Positions 60,562 to 64,000 of a stretch of DNA of 64,000 nt are shown piece by piece. The notes below the pieces were generated by a model. The model did not search any database, had not been told where the DNA came from, and saw nothing but the letters and a program-made list of their open reading frames with translations. The stretch spans positions 62,001 through 126,000 of the forward strand of contig OU015567.1 in the NCBI GenBank assembly GCA_907165135.1. Direction: 5' to 3'. This stretch comes from Oikopleura dioica (lineage: Eukaryota > Animalia > Chordata). Each line of letters opens with the position of its first letter. The stretch's first letter is position 1. The position numbers and the translations under genes are program-made.

Positions 60562-63500
60562 TCTTCGAAGTTCATTACTTATATTTTCGATGCGCTTCAA
60601 AAATTTTCAGTAACAGAAATATTCACGATTAAATACTTACAAAATAAGAAAGTCGATTGATATCATTTGATAATTTTATTTCTTGTTAATTTTTGGTAGT
60701 GCTGTGGGCATTTAATGACCGTCATCAATCAAAAAAACAAAGAAAATTCTCAATTTTCAGAGGCTTGAAAGGTAAAATTTAAAGATCAGATTGAGACAAA
60801 ATGAATTTGATTAAGAAGAAAAAGAGTCGTGTGCAGAGTTTGAGTGACGGTGGTGGCTAATTTGACGAAATTTTAAAAATTTTTAAATTAAGCTAAGTCC
60901 CCTGTCGAGGGCATCACATCAAGTTTTTGATCAAATCTTAAGGGGCGCACTTAGGAATGAGGGTTTGAAAATTGGTTTTCAGCCCAAAAATGAGCAAATT
61001 AAGCGAAAAAAAGCCTGAAAGCGCTGATACAATGTCCATGTTACAATATGTTCGTTATGAATCAGAAAGATTCCTTTCGAGACCTTGGAGATTTTTAAAA
61101 TTCTTGCTATTTAAATTTCTCGCTTATTGGAAAATCATGAAGCCACGTTTGTCACCCTAGGCAAGAGAAAAAATGTATTGTTTGGCAAATGATTTTTCCT
61201 CCTATAATAACATTCTCGAATCGATTTGTTCATTTTTTGTAAAATTTCACAGATAACTGATATTTTGATCCTTCTTCTCGTTTATAAGTTTCACATCGTC
61301 TTCTTACAAAATCATTGGTGTGATATAAATCATGAAATAAAATCGTTTTTTTTCAGACAGGTTAAGGGGATTAAAGAATACGTTCTTTTAAGAATTTACT
61401 CGCCTTCAGTCTTTCTTAGGCTTGATTTTGAACGTATTTTTCGTCGCCCCTCTCGGTTTCATATAGCCGCTTAATTTGAGTGCACCTTCAAATGTCGATC
61501 TTATCTAGAAAACAACAAACTTTATTGTTCGATTTTTATTGCTTTTCAAAATTCCCTTACATCCCTAACATTCGAAATTTTTTTTTGCGAAAAATATCTA
61601 CAGCATATCGAATTTTTCATTAGTTCTTCAGTTTTTCTCTATCATCACTTGTTGCTTGATAAGCAGGATAAGTAAAAAGGAGCCAAACCAAAGGAGGAGT
61701 CAAGTTATACTGAATAAGAGAGCTGATAAGAGCTTTAGATATCATTCGTTAAACTACAAAAATCTCATTTACAAGAATAACAGCCACCGCTTGAAGTTCG
61801 GCGCCGCGTTGCCTTACTGGGCCAAACAGGTGGGGTTGTGCGCCACCGTCGCGCCGCTACGAGTCTTATTTTAAATAAAATCATCATTTCTGCTCGTTTA
61901 TAAATCGAAATTTGCGAAGATGACAACAAGATCGAGCTTTTTTGGAAAACCGAGAGCCCCGACATCCTCTCTTCTTGTTCGGAAAATCCAATTGATCCAA
62001 GCTTAAGCTATTGAAATGATTCTTGAGCAAAAATTTACCAAAGAAAAATACTTTTTATAGCATTTTTGAATTCTTTAGGAAAAACAAGTATGTTTGCCTT
62101 TTAGATATTTGAAATCAAACAAGGGAAGTCCGTTCTCCAGAGAGCCCAAAAGAGAGATTATAGCCCTAGGTTAAGAAGTGTTCTTGGGTTGAAGCAGAGG
62201 TGTAATCAGTAGAATTTTGGCACTATAGCCTAATGAGCGACGTAGGGTCGAACGCGAAGCGCACCTTGTTGGGCCTAGGTTTAGTATTTTCTATAGAAAA
62301 ATTTCATAAGAATTGATAAATGATGACATCTCATCGATGAAAATTAGGGTAAGAATGGAAAAGGTATGTTTGTCTGCTTTTGTAAAGGATTACAAAAACT
62401 CTTAGAGTTCGGCCCTGATGATTGAACTTTTGCTGTTCCGAAAACGTAAAGCCACTGCAAATAAAACGAACTCGAAAATTTCGTAATAATAAGAAAAGGC
62501 TTCGCGGAAAATAATTGCTCCAAAATCAAACGTTATTTAATTAGTCGAGTCATTACCGACAATTTAATCAAGCATGTCATGTTTTATTCTTCGTTCTTGA
62601 ACTTGAAGGAATTTTCCACGTCGATTCGAAGCGCGATTTTGATGAAATCGTTAATTTTAAAAAATGTGAAAAAGGACTTTTCCATCACGCAAGCGATTTG
62701 CATAATTTGACGGGAGGCGATGTCTAATGACGTTCAAAAGCGAAGTTCTGACAGAAGCCGTCGGCGCTAGAATCAGATTGCTAAGCAGAATTACGAATTT
62801 AGGTAGTAAGTTTTTCTATCCGAATAAATCAGCTCTTTTTGCTAAAGATAGATAAGTTTTGCTAAGCCAGACTCAATTTATTCTTAAAATATATTTATTT
62901 CGCAAAAATAACGCCAAACGAAGCTAATGCTTCAAAAATGGCTTTGCATAGCTTGCAGAAAACTTCGACCGGGTTTGGCTCAGTAAGCTGTCAGCTTTCT
63001 TAAACTAAGCTTAAGCTTAAGCTAAAGCTTTGTTATTTTTCAAAGAGATCAGCTCAGCTTAGTTTACTTGAAATTCTGACAAGTCTGGTTACTTTGTCTA
63101 ACTAAGCTTAGCCATTTTAAGTTTCAATTCTTATAATTTTTATTTCATAAATCTCATCAGACTTTCAAGCAAAGAAAGTTTAAAATCATCCTCACTTTCT
63201 TCTTCTCTTCTCATGTCGAGAGGCTGGCCCAGTTGCTGCTCGATATAATCGTGAGTTTCTTCGCCTCTACTAATCAGGTTCAAAAAGAATTACAATAATT
63301 TGAGAAAAAATCAAAAAAATTCAAAAAATTCTAAGAAAATAACTTCTCTTATTTGAACCAAATCTTAAATTTCTCCACACACTTGGGTTAATAAACCCGG
63401 CCCAAGCGTCAACAAAACTGGAAACAAAAGAAAGCTGAAAATCTGCATCTGAAAATTTTTTGGAAATTCAAAATTTGATTTCCATTTATAGTTCTTGATT

Positions 63501-63657
63501 TGACAGATTCGCGAATTAATTTTTAAGAAGTGGTTTTTAATTTCTCTTTTAGAGGCGGCGACGTACCTTTTCAACTCGCGAGAATATATGTTTATTTGAT
63601 GCAATGTTCTTTTATTCCAATTGAAGAGGAGAATTCAAGAAAAAGACGCAAAAAAAC

Positions 63658-63891
63658 TGGGTGTCGGGCGCTGAGGTTATGCCATAACCAGGTTATGCAT
63701 TTTCCAGGATTTTGCATTACCTGGTTATGCATTCTCGATTTAAATTGGATCAATTTGAGGCTAAGTTGGTTCCAAAAGACTTAAAAACGATATTTCTCTA
63801 AGATCAGGCGCGAAGCGCACTTGAACTATCTGTTATATATCAATTAATATGATTTTTATTAAGAGTGCATAACCTCAGCGCCATTCACCCA
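63658..63891. mobile_element. MITE-like element (234 bp)
   Basis: Terminal inverted repeats TGGGTG-N3-GGCGCTGAGGTTATGC / GCATAACCTCAGCGCC-N3-CACCCA, flanked by AAAAAC on both sides. Confidence 0.65.
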
Positions 63892-64000
63892 AAAAACTAG
63901 TCTATTTTCAGCTTAAAAAATGATTAGTAAAGATGAAAAAAAACGTCAAATTTCGACTCGCCCTTTTCCCGGAAATCTGCTGACCAAAATTATGAGATTT

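Noticed and set aside
61640-63120. GATAAG cluster, GC-rich patch at ~61790-61865, CCTAGG pairs at 62160-62285 and AAGCTT runs near 63000
   Set aside because: No consistent terminal repeats, TSDs or coding signal could be established.

Overview
Eukaryotic, AT-rich DNA with no CpG depletion, at the edge of a satellite array. Bases 1-56655 are one continuous ~162-171 bp tandem satellite (about 13.5 kb, ~82 monomers once insertions are removed). It is broken into 8 blocks by young Ty3/gypsy LTR retrotransposons of several lineages, labelled A0, A1, A2, B, C, D, E, F here. Four elements are full-length, one is internally deleted and five are solo LTRs, three events being nested. All have TGATA...(T/C)ATCA termini and traceable 5-bp target-site duplications (TSDs). 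Six of seven direct satellite insertions fall in one 21-bp window of the monomer. The B/C/E group inserts at dyad-symmetric, orientation-dependent positions of CGATG-AC-CATCG. The elements share several unusual traits. (1) The integrase tail ends in two tandem SAP/HeH-like repeats instead of a chromodomain. (2) A covarying three-way-junction RNA structure is present in every LTR lineage. (3) The gag start codon is built from the last LTR base plus the first two PBS bases. (4) There is no polypurine tract abutting the 3' LTR; a conserved ACCC-N6-GGYCA-N3 motif takes its place. Together this looks like a satellite (possibly centromere)-targeting retrotransposon system. After 56655 come a 57-bp tandem repeat and mostly unique low-complexity DNA with exon-like frames and a MITE-like element. 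The host cannot be identified from sequence alone; an appendicularian tunicate with Tor-like elements is a guess only. Most coding frameshifts sit in homopolymers and may be sequencing errors.
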